A DNA stretch of 63,539 bases, filler included, from Thraustochytrium aureum (lineage: Eukaryota): assembly GCA_012862495.1 (NCBI GenBank). It is 5 parts of 5 records of this genome, joined end to end, with 100 filler letters (N's around TTAATTAATTAA, not from the genome) between each part and the next. Parts side by side here need not be neighbours in the genome. Positions count along the whole stretch, not along the records: positions 31,936 to 55,590 come from BLSG01000321.1; positions 55,691 to 56,957 come from BLSG01000323.1; 3 more parts are not named here. One strand, given 5' to 3'. The notes under the pieces are model-generated. The model was not told the DNA's origin. It saw only the letters and a list, made by a program, of their open reading frames with translations, and made no database searches. The position numbers and the translations under genes were made by a program. Positions 44,445 through 57,057 of this stretch are shown here, one piece after another; position 1 is the stretch's first letter; the number at the start of each line of letters is the position of its first letter.

Positions 44445-44537
44445 ACACTTGCGGTTTTAGTCATGCAGCGTTGCACACTTGCGGTTATAGCCATGCAGAG
44501 TTTGCACACTGGCGGTTTTAGTCATGCAGCCTTTGCA
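44445..44537 (+). repeat. Tandem repeat of about 30 bp x3 (ACACTTGCGGTTTTAGTCATGCAGCGTTGC)
   Basis: Direct reading. Confidence 0.8.
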
Positions 44538-44816
44538 GCTGGCCCCCGCTCCGTGTGCGTGCCAATCTCTTTGAAAAGCTAGGCGGATCTCCTCTACTCA
44601 ACCGCTGTATCCTTTCTTCAGCTTTCTGCACTCCAGTAGCTCCTGAGAGCAGCCGTGCAGAGCGCTCGCAGCACGCGCGCCACTGCAGGTAGCACGAGGC
44701 GCTAGCGTGCTCCCAGCGAACGTTCTAGCCCTCAACCGCGTGCTCGCCAGAGCCGCCACGCGGAGAACCAAGCAACAGAACACCAAAACAAGCCCCCAAC
44801 GCCCACTCTAGGCGCG

Positions 44817-45213
44817 TCACAACCCAGAAGGAAGGAGCGGGCGCTGGCGGCTTGGGTTGCTCAGGTACTTGTCGAAAGACTGGAACAGCTCCGGCCCAGC
44901 CCCCCCACGCGGTGGCCGTCTGAAGTGGCGCAGAATCGGGGCTCGAAACTTGCCGAAAGGCGGGTCAAGCGCCTCGCGTGGGGCACGCGGCGTAAAGTGC
45001 TTGGAGAACGGCCGAAACCCGTCCCACCGGTGGAACGCTTTCCTCGCATCCACCTCCATCTTCGCGCGCGCGACTGCTGTGGCGCGCTCGCCCCGCTCCG
45101 CCCTCGCCGCTTCAGCCTCTTCCCAGGTCATGGTGGCCCCAAGCGCAGGCCGCCTCGGCGTCGGCCGCCGTGACCTCGGCCGACACTGCGAACGAGCCCC
45201 AGCTCGCCATTCG
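44817..45213 (-). CDS. Possible C-terminal part of a hypothetical protein
   Basis: Open frame TWEEAEAARAER...FHRWDGFRPFSKHF ending at 44817; the 5' part lies in the gap. Confidence 0.3.
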
Positions 45214-46309
45214 GNNNNNNNNNNNNNNNNNNNNNNNNNNNNNNNNNNNNNNNNNNNNNNNNNNNNNNNNNNNNNNNNNNNNNNNNNNNNNNNNNNNNNN
45301 NNNNNNNNNNNNNNNNNNNNNNNNNNNNNNNNNNNNNNNNNNNNNNNNNNNNNNNNNNNNNNNNNNNNNNNNNNNNNNNNNNNNNNNNNNNNNNNNNNNN
45401 NNNNNNNNNNNNNNNNNNNNNNNNNNNNNNNNNNNNNNNNNNNNNNNNNNNNNNNNNNNNNNNNNNNNNNNNNNNNNNNNNNNNNNNNNNNNNNNNNNNN
45501 NNNNNNNNNNNNNNNNNNNNNNNNNNNNNNNNNNNNNNNNNNNNNNNNNNNNNNNNNNNNNNNNNNNNNNNNNNNNNNNNNNNNNNNNNNNNNNNNNNNN
45601 NNNNNNNNNNNNNNNNNNNNNNNNNNNNNNNNNNNNNNNNNNNNNNNNNNNNNNNNNNNNNNNNNNNNNNNNNNNNNNNNNNNNNNNNNNNNNNNNNNNN
45701 NNNNNNNNNNNNNNNNNNNNNNNNNNNNNNNNNNNNNNNNNNNNNNNNNNNNNNNNNNNNNNNNNNNNNNNNNNNNNNNNNNNNNNNNNNNNNNNNNNNN
45801 NNNNNNNNNNNNNNNNNNNNNNNNNNNNNNNNNNNNNNNNNNNNNNNNNNNNNNNNNNNNNNNNNNNNNNNNNNNNNNNNNNNNNNNNNNNNNNNNNNNN
45901 NNNNNNNNNNNNNNNNNNNNNNNNNNNNNNNNNNNNNNNNNNNNNNNNNNNNNNNNNNNNNNNNNNNNNNNNNNNNNNNNNNNNNNNNNNNNNNNNNNNN
46001 NNNNNNNNNNNNNNNNNNNNNNNNNNNNNNNNNNNNNNNNNNNNNNNNNNNNNNNNNNNNNNNNNNNNNNNNNNNNNNNNNNNNNNNNNNNNNNNNNNNN
46101 NNNNNNNNNNNNNNNNNNNNNNNNNNNNNNNNNNNNNNNNNNNNNNNNNNNNNNNNNNNNNNNNNNNNNNNNNNNNNNNNCGTACGGCGTCGCGCATTGG
46201 CGCGCCACGGTCGACGAGGGAAGGCGCGGCCGGCCGATCTGCGGTCTAACAGCGTGTGTGGCCGGCAGGGTCGCTGCCAAGGCCCGCGGGAGCCCGCCGG
46301 AAGGCGTAG

Positions 46310-49300
46310 ATGAAAAGGATGACGAGAACACGCCTGCAGAGGCGGCTGCTGTGGCGGAGGACGATTGGTGGACGGGCTGCAAAGAGAGAAAGTGGCATGC
46401 TGAGCAATCTGGTGCGGAACGATGAGATTGAGTTTCACCAGCGGAGGGAGGAGCTGGAGAAGGAGCTCGTTGGTGCACATATTGCCCACGTCAAGGTCGG
46501 CGCGTTTCCCCTTCTTCGGTTCACAGGGGATAAGTTGACCGCTAAAGTACTCGAAGAGGAGTTTCAACTGATCAACTCGATTCGGTTTCGAACGGTGCTC
46601 AAAGCGGTCTGCGTAGCCGGCGTGCTGTGGTTCTCGGGGTATTTGGCGGTTATTTGGGGGGCCCAGGAGGACTCGACGGACTTGACGTCCAAGATGTTCT
46701 ATCTATTGATCATCTTCAGTCTACCGTGGATCTACGCCCTTTTCTCGAGTCGATTTTACACCCGGAACACGCAGCCAATCATCCTGGCGCTCTCGATGTT
46801 TGTTGGCGTGCTCTTCATCGCGCACAAGGCGGTCATCGAGGACTTCAGCAACATGATGCTGTCTCTCTTTGTGATTCTCATTTTCACCGCCACGCCGCTC
46901 GTGCTCGTGAACGCCGTCATTGTGAGCGGGTTGGTGATCTGCGGCTTTGTACTTATTGGCTCAATTGCGATCATTGGAAACGACGTCGAGAACCCTGCAG
47001 ACGGCTCAATGGACGGATCGGACATGATGATTCTTGCTATGGTCAATATTGTGGCCTTCCTGTTCCTCGTCTATGTGACATACTACCGCGAGCTCAACCT
47101 TCGCAAAGCCGTCATCAGCCACCACCTTTTGCTGTCCAAGGCGAGCGAGGTTGAAATCGAGGTTGAAAAGACGCACAACCTCCTCCGTAGCATGCTCCCT
47201 GACGTGATTTCGGAGCAGCTGCGGCGCCGCGAAGGCGACAACACCCCGCTCCGGATCGCAGAAAAATTCGGCCAGGTGACGATCATGTTTGTCGAGGTGT
47301 GCAACTTCAACCGCATCTCCTCCGAGCAGACGCAAGACGAAGTCCTCGACATCCTCAACACGGTTTACTCCGTCTTCGACTCGGTACTGGAGGACTATGA
47401 CGCCTATAAAGTTGAGACCGTGGGGCAGGTCTACCTCGTCGTCGGCGGCTGCCCGCGCCGCTCAAGGCGGCACGGCGAGGACATTGCTGAGCTCGCGCTC
47501 GAGTTTCTCACAATCGTCCCTGAGATCAACCAGATTCTGCAGACGACAGTCCCGAACCTGCGCCAAGAGATCAAAATCCGTATTGGGCTCAACTCTGGGT
47601 CAATCGTCGCCGGCGTCGTGGGGCAACGATCGCCTCGATACAAGCTTTTTGGGGACCCCGTAAACACGGCCAGCCGCATGCAGACCACATGCCCTGAGGG
47701 CCGGATCCAGTGCAGCGCGAGCACGTACAAGGAGCTTCGCGAAAAGTTCGAGCTCGAGCATCGGGGCCGCATTTCTGTCAAGGGCAAAGGCGAGATGGAC
47801 ACGTACTTTCTCTTGGCACGCCGTGACACGATCGACCAGGGCAGAAATGCTATTCGGGACAAGGACGAGATGGAAAGGCACCTTGCAACCAACCACAGCA
47901 TGCTCTTCCGCACGTTCTCCAGCTACAGCAACAACCAAAGCTCGGCCACCGCTCTCCCGATCAACGAGAACAGCCCCAACAACCTGCTCCCACATTCGCC
48001 AAGCATCGGAGCCAACGCGCGACGCATGAGCAAGTCAAAGGTGCACCCGACCTCGGACACAAATTCTGGCGACAATAACGAGGACCTCGAGAAACTCTCC
48101 GCAGACTTTGAGTCAATCAACAGCTCGCACGAGCAGCTCGCCACANNNNNNNNNNNNNNNNNNNNNNNNNNNNNNNNNNNNNNNNNNNNNNNNNNNNNNN
48201 NNNNNNNNNNNNNNNNNNNNNNNNNNNNNNNNNNNNNNNNNNNNNNNNNNNNNNNNNNNNNNNNNNNNNNNNNNNNNNNNNNNNNNNNNNNNNNNNNNNN
48301 NNNNNNNNNNNNNNNNNNNNNNNNNNNNNNNNNNNNNNNNNNNNNNNNNNNNNNNNNNNNNNNNNNNNNNNNNNNNNNNNNNNNNNNNNNNNNNNNNNNN
48401 NNNNNNNNNNNNNNNNNNNNNNNNNNNNNNNNNNNNCTTCAGCGAACTCACCGCGTCTTCGCGCACAACGAGCGGCCGCAAGTGCTGCAGAACGCTCATC
48501 TCGATCTTCTACATTGGGACCCCGGACTTTCGCGAATTCCTGTTCTCCCGCGGCCTCGTCAACGTGACCAAGTTCGCGCACCTGCTCATGGCGGTATTGC
48601 CCGTGGCGCTTGTAATCGAGCTCATCCTTTTCACCGCGTGGAAAAACACCGACTTTGACCAGATGTGGATCCCTCTCATCGCGGCCACAATCGTTATGTT
48701 CGTCTTGTGCGGCCTCGTCAGCTTCATGTCAAAGTACAGGCGCTTTCACGGCATGCTCTGCTACGTTGTGGAGCTCGCATTCTTTTGCGTCACCACCTTT
48801 GTGGTCTGGCTCAACTACACAGGCGAGCACCCGAACGCGTCCTTTCTAATGGTGGTGGTCACGTTCTTCTTCAACCTCCAGCTCATCCCCATGCTTCACC
48901 GCTTTGTGTGCACGATGCTGGCCTCCACGATCAACTGCGCTGCGCTCGCCTACGCAATCGAGGTCCAAAATATTAAGTATGAGCAGTACACGCTCGACTC
49001 GGAGACCAAATCCCTAACCATGCACGACGTCAGCCTCCACTTCGTGCTCCTCGTGGTCGCGATCCTGCTGCAGCTTTGGTGCGTGGTCATCCAGGATCTC
49101 TTCCTGTACCAGGACTTTTGCCACAACAAGCTCATTATGGACCAAAACCGCATGCTTCATATGCAAAAGGCGCAGACCACCGCCTTGCTCTCACAGCTTC
49201 TTCCGCCTACCATCGTACCGAAGCTGGTGGAGGACACCGAGTCGCAATCCCGGATCGTCGACCGCTTCGAGAACGTGACGATCCTGTTCACGGACATGGT

Positions 49301-50213
49301 CAACTTTACGACCTTTTCGCGCATGATCAGTCCTTTGCACCTGATGGACTTTCTCAATGTCATGTACACGCGCTTCGACGCAATCACTGAAAAATACAAG
49401 CTCTACAAGGTCGAGGTCATCGGCGATGCCTACTTCATTGTGGGCGGGTGCCCCGTCGTCTCAGAGGACCATACCGAGCGCGTCGTCAAAGCGGCCCAGG
49501 AGATGCTGGCTGTGCTGCCAGAGCTGTGTCAGGTCGCGCACAAAATTCTCAAGACGCAGCAGCGCCAGCAGCGCGAGCGCTTGGCCAAGGACCGCCGCCA
49601 CAAGCAGCTCCTGAATGACGGGTCCCTTGCAGCATTCCCGAACTCGCCAAAGAGCATCGAGCCCATTGGGGGGCAGCCGCAAGACCAAGGCAGCGCCAGG
49701 CCGAGTGACGCGCGTCGCGCAAGTGGGGACTCTGTCTCAGCCTCGCAATCGGGCACCATGAGTGATTTCTCTGAGCTGCGTCGTCCGAGCGATGAGTCTG
49801 TCTTGCATGTTGGTGCCGCACAAACTGAGCAAGAGATTCTTCGGGACGATCCAAACGCGCCGCTTAGCCCTCACCCAGAGAGGTGCCAGAACCGAGAGTT
49901 TGGCGTTGGAGTGGACGATGAAATTCAGGTCCCCGATATCAGCATCCGCATCGGCATTCACGTTGGTTCTGTCATTGCAGGGGTGGTCGGCTTTAAGGAC
50001 CCCCGGTACCATATTTTTGGCGATGCCGTGAGCCTCGCCAACATGATGGAGTCGAAAGGCAAGCCGAGCAAGGTTCACGCAAGCCAAAGCACGGTTGATG
50101 CTCTTTTGAAGGGTCCTGGGGTGCAAAACGTGTTCAACATCGAGCCGCGCGAGCCGATCGACCTCTCCCCGATCGCCGAGCCGCAGCAAACGTACTTTTT
50201 GAGTTACAAGTGA
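46310..50213 (+). CDS. Class III nucleotidyl cyclase with two TM clusters and two cyclase domains (probably a guanylyl cyclase with swapped C1/C2 roles); start uncertain, spans a gap
   Basis: TM block; LLRSMLP; C1 VTIMFVEVCNF/YKVETVGQVY/RIGLNSG/PRYKLFGDPVNTASRM; second TM block; LLSQLLPP; C2 VTILFTDMVNFT/YKVEVIGDAY/RIGIHVG/PRYHIFGDAVSLANMMES. Confidence 0.88.
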
Positions 50214-50762
50214 GCTGATGCGCAGGCGGTGGGATGCTGGCCAATCTTGGTCTGCGAATCGTTCGCGCCGCCGCTTTTGGCTTCTAGCTGGAAACTGTTC
50301 TTGGTACCTACTCCATGGTGTTGCTGAACGGCAGCCAGAGACGGGGCATCTCTGTGCGCGACGGAGGCCGCGTGCTGAAGAGCCCCNNNNNNNNNNNNNN
50401 NNNNNNNNNNNNNNNNNNNNNNNNNNNNNNNNNNNNNNNNNNNNNNNNNNNNNNNNNNNNNNNNNNNNNNNNNNNNNNNNNNNNNNNNNNNNNNNNNNNN
50501 NNNNNNNNNNNNNNNNNNNNNNNNNNNNNNNNNNNNNNNNNNNNNNNNNNNNNNNNNNNNNNNNNNNNNNNNNNNNNNNNNNNNNNNNNNNNNNNNNNNN
50601 NNNNNNNNNNNNNNNNNNNNNNNNNNNNNNNNNNNNNNNNNNNNNNNNNNNNNNNNNNNNNNNNNNNNNNNNNNNNNNNNNNNNNNNNNNNNNNNNNNNN
50701 NNNNNNNNNNNNNNNNNNNNNNNNNNNNNNNNNNNNNNNNNNNNNNNNNNNNNNNNNNNNNN

Positions 50763-52744
50763 AGACCTCGGCGACGCGGTCGTCCGCTGCCTGCTGAGCG
50801 CGGTGCCGCCCAACAGCCCATCGGAGCGCTTGCAACCACTCGCTTCTGCTCTCTTCGATGAGCCGATCACGATCCGCGTGGTCCTTTGGGTAGTACGGCA
50901 GCTCAAGGTCCAAGGTGTGCTTGTCCCAAACCAGCGAAAGGTAGGCGAAAGCCCGCTCGTTGTTGGCGCTGCGCTTTAGAACATCTGTCTTGATACCGTG
51001 CCTCACCTCCTTGACGGTCTCTAGTGACGCTCGCGTGTGCGTAATGGTGCCGAAGAGCTTGCTCATGTTCGAGTAGAAGATGTTGTTCAGCTCCTTGTCG
51101 CAGTAAACCAAAACCTTGTGCGGCTTCCCCCGCCTTCCGTGTTTGATGAACACGCCACCTCGCGCGAGCTTGTTGCTCCACATCTCTTCCTCCTTTTGCG
51201 CCAGGGCGTTCTGAATCGCTTGCTCGGAGCTCGCCTGCAGCTGCTGCATCGCTTCAGTTGAGCACTCCATGGCGGTCGAAGCTTTCTCCAGCGCAACCTC
51301 GAGCGCCGCTACTTTGCGCCGCAGCTGGTTTTGCTCTTCCTCAAGTGAGGCGGCACGATCTGCGAGCTCGCGCTCTCTGGCTTCATGTCGCTTCTCGGCG
51401 GCTGCAAGTTTTGCCTTGAGTTCCTTTGAAACTTTGCGTGATCTGTCAAGCCGCGCTCTGTCAGCCAGAGCTTGCTCGGTAGAGTGTGCGCGCTCGCGGA
51501 GCAGCTCCTCTTTCACGCGCCCTGCCTCAGACACTGAGCTCGTTGTGGAGTCTATCTCACCCTGGCCGGACTTGAGCTGTGGCTCTGACTCTTCGGTGTT
51601 GTTGGCTTTGCTGCGGTTCTGCCTCTGTGGCGCTCGCCTGTGCAGAAAGTTGAAAGGCTCCGTCAGCATCCCGAGCGCTTCGATGTCAGCGCGCTTGAGC
51701 CTGAGCGAGCTTGTGTATGCATTTTCGTCATCGATGTTGGTGTCGTCGCTCGAAGCGGGACCTGTTGACTCGGGTTCCACATCGCTCGGGGCGCCTCGCT
51801 TCCCGGTCTCCACTGGTCCAATTGACTTGCGTAGCTGCTGGTACTCGTCATCGCCGATCCGCCTCGAACCGCTCTCGGCACGGTTTCTCTGGTACGGCCG
51901 AGCCCGACGTTGGCGGCAGCGTCGCGGCGATTCGGCCGGTAGACGAATTGGCGAAGGCGCGACTCAAGTCCCGGCAGCGCAATCTCTTGATCACTGTGCT
52001 CCCCGCCTGACTGGCCCTCGTCTCCGATCCTGGACGAGAGCTGCGTCGCGTCGCCTTTCGTGGGCTTGAACCAGCGAAAGTACCTTTGACCGCGACCACC
52101 AGGGTGCTTGAGTTCCATCGCGTCTCGTCGGAGCCCGCCGCCGACTGGGCCCGGCAATACGACCGACGCTTGACTTGGTCCCTCTGGTGTGTCGTCCGTG
52201 GAGATAGATTCGCTGTACCCTTCGCCGGCGCGAGCGAGGCGGTACTCGAGTTGGCGGTCGAATTCTAGGATCCGAGCGGTTTCGTCATCAAGCCCGCTCT
52301 GACCGCCTCGAGAGGGGCCTGCGTTGTTTGATGAGAACTGCGCCTCCACCGTGCAGGACCGCGCAAGCGCGATTCGCGGTCGTTGCCCTGGCTGAGCTTG
52401 CTCCACTTGGCGTGAAGCGCGCTTTGCCCGTGCTCCGTATTTTCTTCGCGGGGCTGCCATCTCGTGGTGGTTGCCTGCACCACGTCGCCGCCCGATCGCG
52501 TTGCGGGAACTGGCGCAAACGCGCTACTCACTGTGGAAGCGTGGTCATCATATCGAGCGCCACCTCGCGGCCCGCTTGCAACGGCCTCGTCCTCTTGTTC
52601 GTCGTCGAAGCGAACGTCCTGATAGCTCATCATTGCCCAAGTCTCGTCGTGGCTCTCGGCGGCCGCCGCGGGCCCGCCTTGCATGAACTTGATGTCAACT
52701 GATCCACTTCGCCGGACGGCGGCTCTCGTCGTGCCGATATGGAA
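50763..52744 (-). CDS. Coiled-coil + PLC-type PH domain protein; both ends in gaps, N-terminal low-complexity part apparently frameshifted
   Basis: Long heptad region, then LARGGVFIKHGRRGKPH...LETVKEVRHGIKTDVLKR...YLSLVWDKHTLDLE...EWLQALRWAV. Confidence 0.7.
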
Positions 52745-54272
52745 NNNNNNNNNNNNNNNNNNNNNNNNNNNNNNNNNNNNNNNNNNNNNNNNNNNNNNNN
52801 NNNNNNNNNNNNNNNNNNNNNNNNNNNNNNNNNNNNNNNNNNNNNNNNNNNNNNNNNNNNNNNNNNNNNNNNNNNNNNNNNNNNNNNNNNNNNNNNNNNN
52901 NNNNNNNNNNNNNNNNNNNNNNNNNNNNNNNNNNNNNNNNNNNNNNNNNNNNNNNNNNNNNNNNNNNNAACTCGGCTGCGACGCTCTCCTCGTCATCTCC
53001 CGAGCCGTCTATCCTCCAGGAAGAGCTGCTCGCCATCTTCGGTCAGTGCACGGCGTGGCAACTCGGCCAGACTCTGGGCCGCCTTGCCTTGCGCTTTGGC
53101 CCAAGTGCTGTTTGAAGCGCGTGCAGAGCCAAGCTCGCGTTCGGCGCGGCCGCACGGAAGTCGGGTGCAGTACAGTGCAGCACCATTGTGGTGGCGAGAA
53201 ATGTGCGACAAACTGCTCCGCGCGTTCACCGTTCATGCGTGGCGGGCCACGCGCAAGCTCAACGAACATCGTTTTGGCGAGCCGTGCGAGGCGTTTCCTT
53301 CTGTTCACCCGCAACCCGTTTTTCGCGACCGGTTTTTGACAAGATTGAACATTACCTCGCCGCCGCCTGGCGAGCATGGCTTGCGAGGCTTGCGCCAGCT
53401 CAGCGCCCCCGGTGCGCGCCCGCGATTTCGCTAGAGTACGTTGTTGGGCTTGTACTGGTGTTGAGACGCAGGCGGTCATCGGCAACCGCGATTCGCCCGT
53501 GAGGCATGCCTCCTGACCAGGCGTTCGCATCCCGCCCTATTTAATTGTTTGCGAGCCTGGCGGGTGTGAAGACGGGAGCAAACTGCTGTTCGAAGTCGCA
53601 GCAGGAACAATCAATGTGGGCTGGCAGCCCGTCGAACTGGTGGTGGCTTGGCTCGAACGCCCAAGGCGGCGCTCTCTGCGGGGTGCACAAGAATAAAGCA
53701 CGCCACGGGGCAGCCAGACTATGCAGCATCCTTGCGCACACCCACCACGGGCGCTGACTGAGACCGGACGAAGGTCCGAAAAGCCCCCAAGAGGCCAGAA
53801 CGGCGGTCTGGTAGCCAGCCTCCTTGCCGACAACGCCTTCAACAATCAATCGATGGACAACCAACGCAACAACAAGCACGAGAGCCGCGAAAAACCCAAA
53901 GCCGTCCGCGCGAGGCCAGCCCCAGGACGGCGGCCACAGCCCACAGCTTGACGAGGCTCGCCGCGATCGATGCGCGATGCGTTCCTCGCCCGGCCAGCGA
54001 GCGCGACAGGCGCCACATTACCCGTTGCGGCCTGCAAGGCCCTGGACTCACGGCGCGCGTGCGACCCAGTAGCGGTCGCAGGACAATGCGAACAAGGTGG
54101 CGCGCGGCGAGCAGGCCGCCTTCCGAGCCGCCCCGATCGAGCGTCGCGTGCGGGCCTGCGCGGTGCGGTTGAGCAGCGCGTCTTTGGAGCCTTCGCGTCG
54201 TCCTGGCGAGCGTGCAGGACGCGCTGCTTGTCGCGCTGGTTTTTTTGTTCGGGAATCGAAGACCTGGACGAC

Positions 54273-54500
54273 ATGGCCGAGCAAGCTGGAGGGCTGACTC
54301 CGGAGCAGCAGGAGAAGCTGAACGAGAAGAAGACGCAGCTGCGGCTGGAGAATGAAAAGTACCTGCGGGACCACCCGGAGCTCAAGCAGATCCTGAACGG
54401 GTTTTTCCTCAAGGTGTTGAATGAGCGGCCGGCCGACGTGGAGGAGTTCGCGGCCAGGTTTTTCACCAACGAGGCGAACTATGAGCTTGCGGCAGAGTGA
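54273..54500 (+). CDS. RIIAD1: RIIa (D/D) domain-containing protein 1
   Basis: LTPEQQEKLNEKKTQLRLENEKYLRDHPELKQILNGFFLKVLNERPADVEEFAARFFT. Confidence 0.85.
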   Translation: MAEQAGGLTPEQQEKLNEKKTQLRLENEKYLRDHPELKQILNGFFLKVLNERPADVEEFAARFFTNEANYELAAE

Positions 54501-54619
54501 GCCTGTGGCACAGAGAGCCTGCGGCACGGAGGGCCTGCGGCACAGAGGGGCAGAGGCAGTTTCGGGCCCGCCGCGGGGCGAGGCTTGACGTGAGGAGCAA
54601 TGTGGCTTGGGGCGGCTTG

Positions 54620-54720
54620 GGGGCTGGCGGCTGGCCTCGCGTCTGGCCTCGGCTCGTGCCTGGCGGCTGGCCTCGTGCCTGGCCTCGGCTCGTGCCTGGC
54701 CTCGGCTCGTGCCTGGCCCG
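54620..54720 (+). repeat. GC-rich short tandem repeats (CTGGCCTCGGCTCGTGC) between the convergent RIIAD1 and carrier genes
   Basis: Direct reading. Confidence 0.7.
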
Positions 54721-54939
54721 ACCTGCGCCTCCGGATTGTGCCTGGCGTGAGCGGACCCGGAGCACGCGGATGGGCCGCAGAACAAGGTGGAGCAGTGGGA
54801 AAACAAACAAATTCGACTAACAGTCACAGTTGAGTGCGGCAGCAGCGCACCCGTCGTCCAGCCACGGTTCGGCGGCACCTGGCGAGCCGGTGCCACGCGA
54901 AATGGGCAGCCCACTCCTCCGCACACCCTCCCAATGGGC

Positions 54940-55590
54940 TCACTTGTTGACGCGAGGCTTGATGTCAAAATTCCGCTTGAGCAGGTCAAATGTGGTAAAC
55001 GAGATCCCATGCGCGATGGGGCCCTTGATCCAGTTCATGCTGAGCCCTTTGAAGAGGCCATGGTGGCCCTCGCTCCGTAGCACGTGAAACAGAGTCTGCA
55101 CGATGCCCGTGTACACGCGCTGCGGCGGCTTGCCGCCCAGTCTGTACTCGTGCACACCGTCCGTCTGCATACGACGGCGCACAATGTCGAGCGGATATGT
55201 GAGCGACTGCGCGATGAAGCCCGCCAGCACGCCGCAGTAGAAGCGCTGCCCCGCAGTGACCGTTTCGGTCCCGTGGTGCTGAGCGACCATCACCTTGAGG
55301 GTTTCAAAGGTGCCAAACGCGAGCCCCGCGTAGGGCAGGATACCCACGAGAGTGGGCGCGAGACCGCGGTACAGGCCGTAGGGCCCATCCACCTGAAGGA
55401 CAACCCGAAAGTTGTGCCGCATCCCGCCGTGTGCGGCTTGCTGCACTGACATGCGCGCACGCATCAAGTCGAGCGGGTACGTCATGCAGACCGAGGTGGC
55501 CCCCCGCCAGGGAGCCGGCCAGGAGGCGGCGCGAGGGCGTCAGGCGCTGCTCGCCCTCTGGCACCAGCGCGCTCTTGTAAATGTCGAACG
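54940..55590 (-). CDS. Mitochondrial carrier, SLC25A42/CoA-transporter-like; 5' end truncated at contig end
   Basis: TYPLDLMRARM, YRGLAPTLVGILPYAG, TYPLDIVRRRMQT, GLFKGLSMNWIKGPIAHGISFTTFD. Confidence 0.88.
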
Positions 55591-55807
55591 NNNNNNNNNN
55601 NNNNNNNNNNNNNNNNNNNNNNNNNNNNNNNNNNTTAATTAATTAANNNNNNNNNNNNNNNNNNNNNNNNNNNNNNNNNNNNNNNNNNNNACTCAAAAGC
55701 CAACTCCGCAGTACATTTGGGGCCAGACAGTCATCCCAAGCAAGGACCTCCCTCGTGGGCCGCAGTACAAGTGCATCGGTCGTTCGACCGGGCCGTCCGC
55801 GCATTCC

Positions 55808-56338
55808 ATGAAGCACATCTATGCCCTGACAAATCTGACGAATATGTTGGAGGCGTTCGGAGTGGACTACGGCGTATTCGCTGGCACTCTGCTGCATCTC
55901 TACCGAGACTGCCGAATCAAACCTGACTCAAGCGACGTGGACGTTGTCATCCCGTTTCAGCAACTGACTGAAACCTTGCGCAACAAGATCCTTTCCCACC
56001 CCGACTGGAAGGACGTGGGGCACAACTTTGGGGTGATTGGTAAACCAGAGTACGAGACAGGCTTGAAGCACATCCCCACCGGGATCCGTGTGGACCTTTT
56101 CTCTGAAAACAGCATGAATGGTGGCTTGTATTACAACCCTCTGTACAAGAACTTTAAGGCGAAACCCAGCCGCTGCATGTACACATGGAAAACCACGGTC
56201 ATGCTCGACGTGAACGGTATTTTCTTTCGGACGCGGTACCCGATTGAGCCCATTCTCGAGTCGCTGTATGGGCCGGGTTGGAAATCGCCGATCCCGCAGT
56301 CGAAATGGGATTGGAAAAACCCTAATTGCATTCCGTAG
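55808..56338 (+). CDS. Fukutin/LicD-family nucleotidyltransferase-fold protein (possibly 5'-truncated)
   Basis: GVDYGVFAGTLLHLYRDC..P.SSDVDV (GTLLG/DxD motif), RVDLF, ILESLYGPGWKSP. Confidence 0.75.
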   Translation: MKHIYALTNLTNMLEAFGVDYGVFAGTLLHLYRDCRIKPDSSDVDVVIPFQQLTETLRNKILSHPDWKDVGHNFGVIGKPEYETGLKHIPTGIRVDLFSENSMNGGLYYNPLYKNFKAKPSRCMYTWKTTVMLDVNGIFFRTRYPIEPILESLYGPGWKSPIPQSKWDWKNPNCIP

Positions 56339-57057
56339 TGCCTAACCCGGGAAATAAGCTGTGCTATCTACAATACCCCGGAAAGGCCACAAGAAATACA
56401 CGAACCCAACTTTTTCCCTCCTGCGGCAAGGAGGCTCAGCCTACAACGAGTCGCGAACAGCATGTCCTCCCTTGGAACCTGGATTTGCATGTTTTTACGC
56501 GGCGTGGGGGAGGCGGGGGCTCCCGAATTGACGACGTTGTAGCGGACGTCAAAGATGTCGATCGTTGCCCCACGTCCTGCGGAGTTTTGGTCTTTCTTTC
56601 AACTTTTTGAGGCCCACCTTCCGTCTTTTAGCGTAACGTGGTGATGTTCGTCAACAAGTTTGTGTCAACATCGCAAGGCCAATATTCGTCAGGCTCTTCG
56701 CCAACTTCACGCTTGACAAAACCCTAGCACGACGTACTATACTCGACGTGTCTGGGCCGCTCTTTTGGCTTCCCATCAAAACGTTGATGGTGGTTTTAGA
56801 AGGTTGGCTTTTCAATCAATCAATACTACTCTTGGTTGTTGGCTTGGATAAAGCGAGTCCATGTCGCCATCGGCCCTTGAGGCAGTGTGCAGAGTCCATG
56901 TCTAACCGGAGGCTTCTGATGTAGACAACGAAACGTGTATCACTTGGCCAAGTCCTANNNNNNNNNNNNNNNNNNNNNNNNNNNNNNNNNNNNNNNNNNN
57001 NTTAATTAATTAANNNNNNNNNNNNNNNNNNNNNNNNNNNNNNNNNNNNNNNNNNNN

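Noticed and set aside
33103..46567. Long ORFs made mostly of X (e.g. 33103..35070, 37492..38745, 44857..46425)
   Set aside because: Their length comes from read-through of N gaps.
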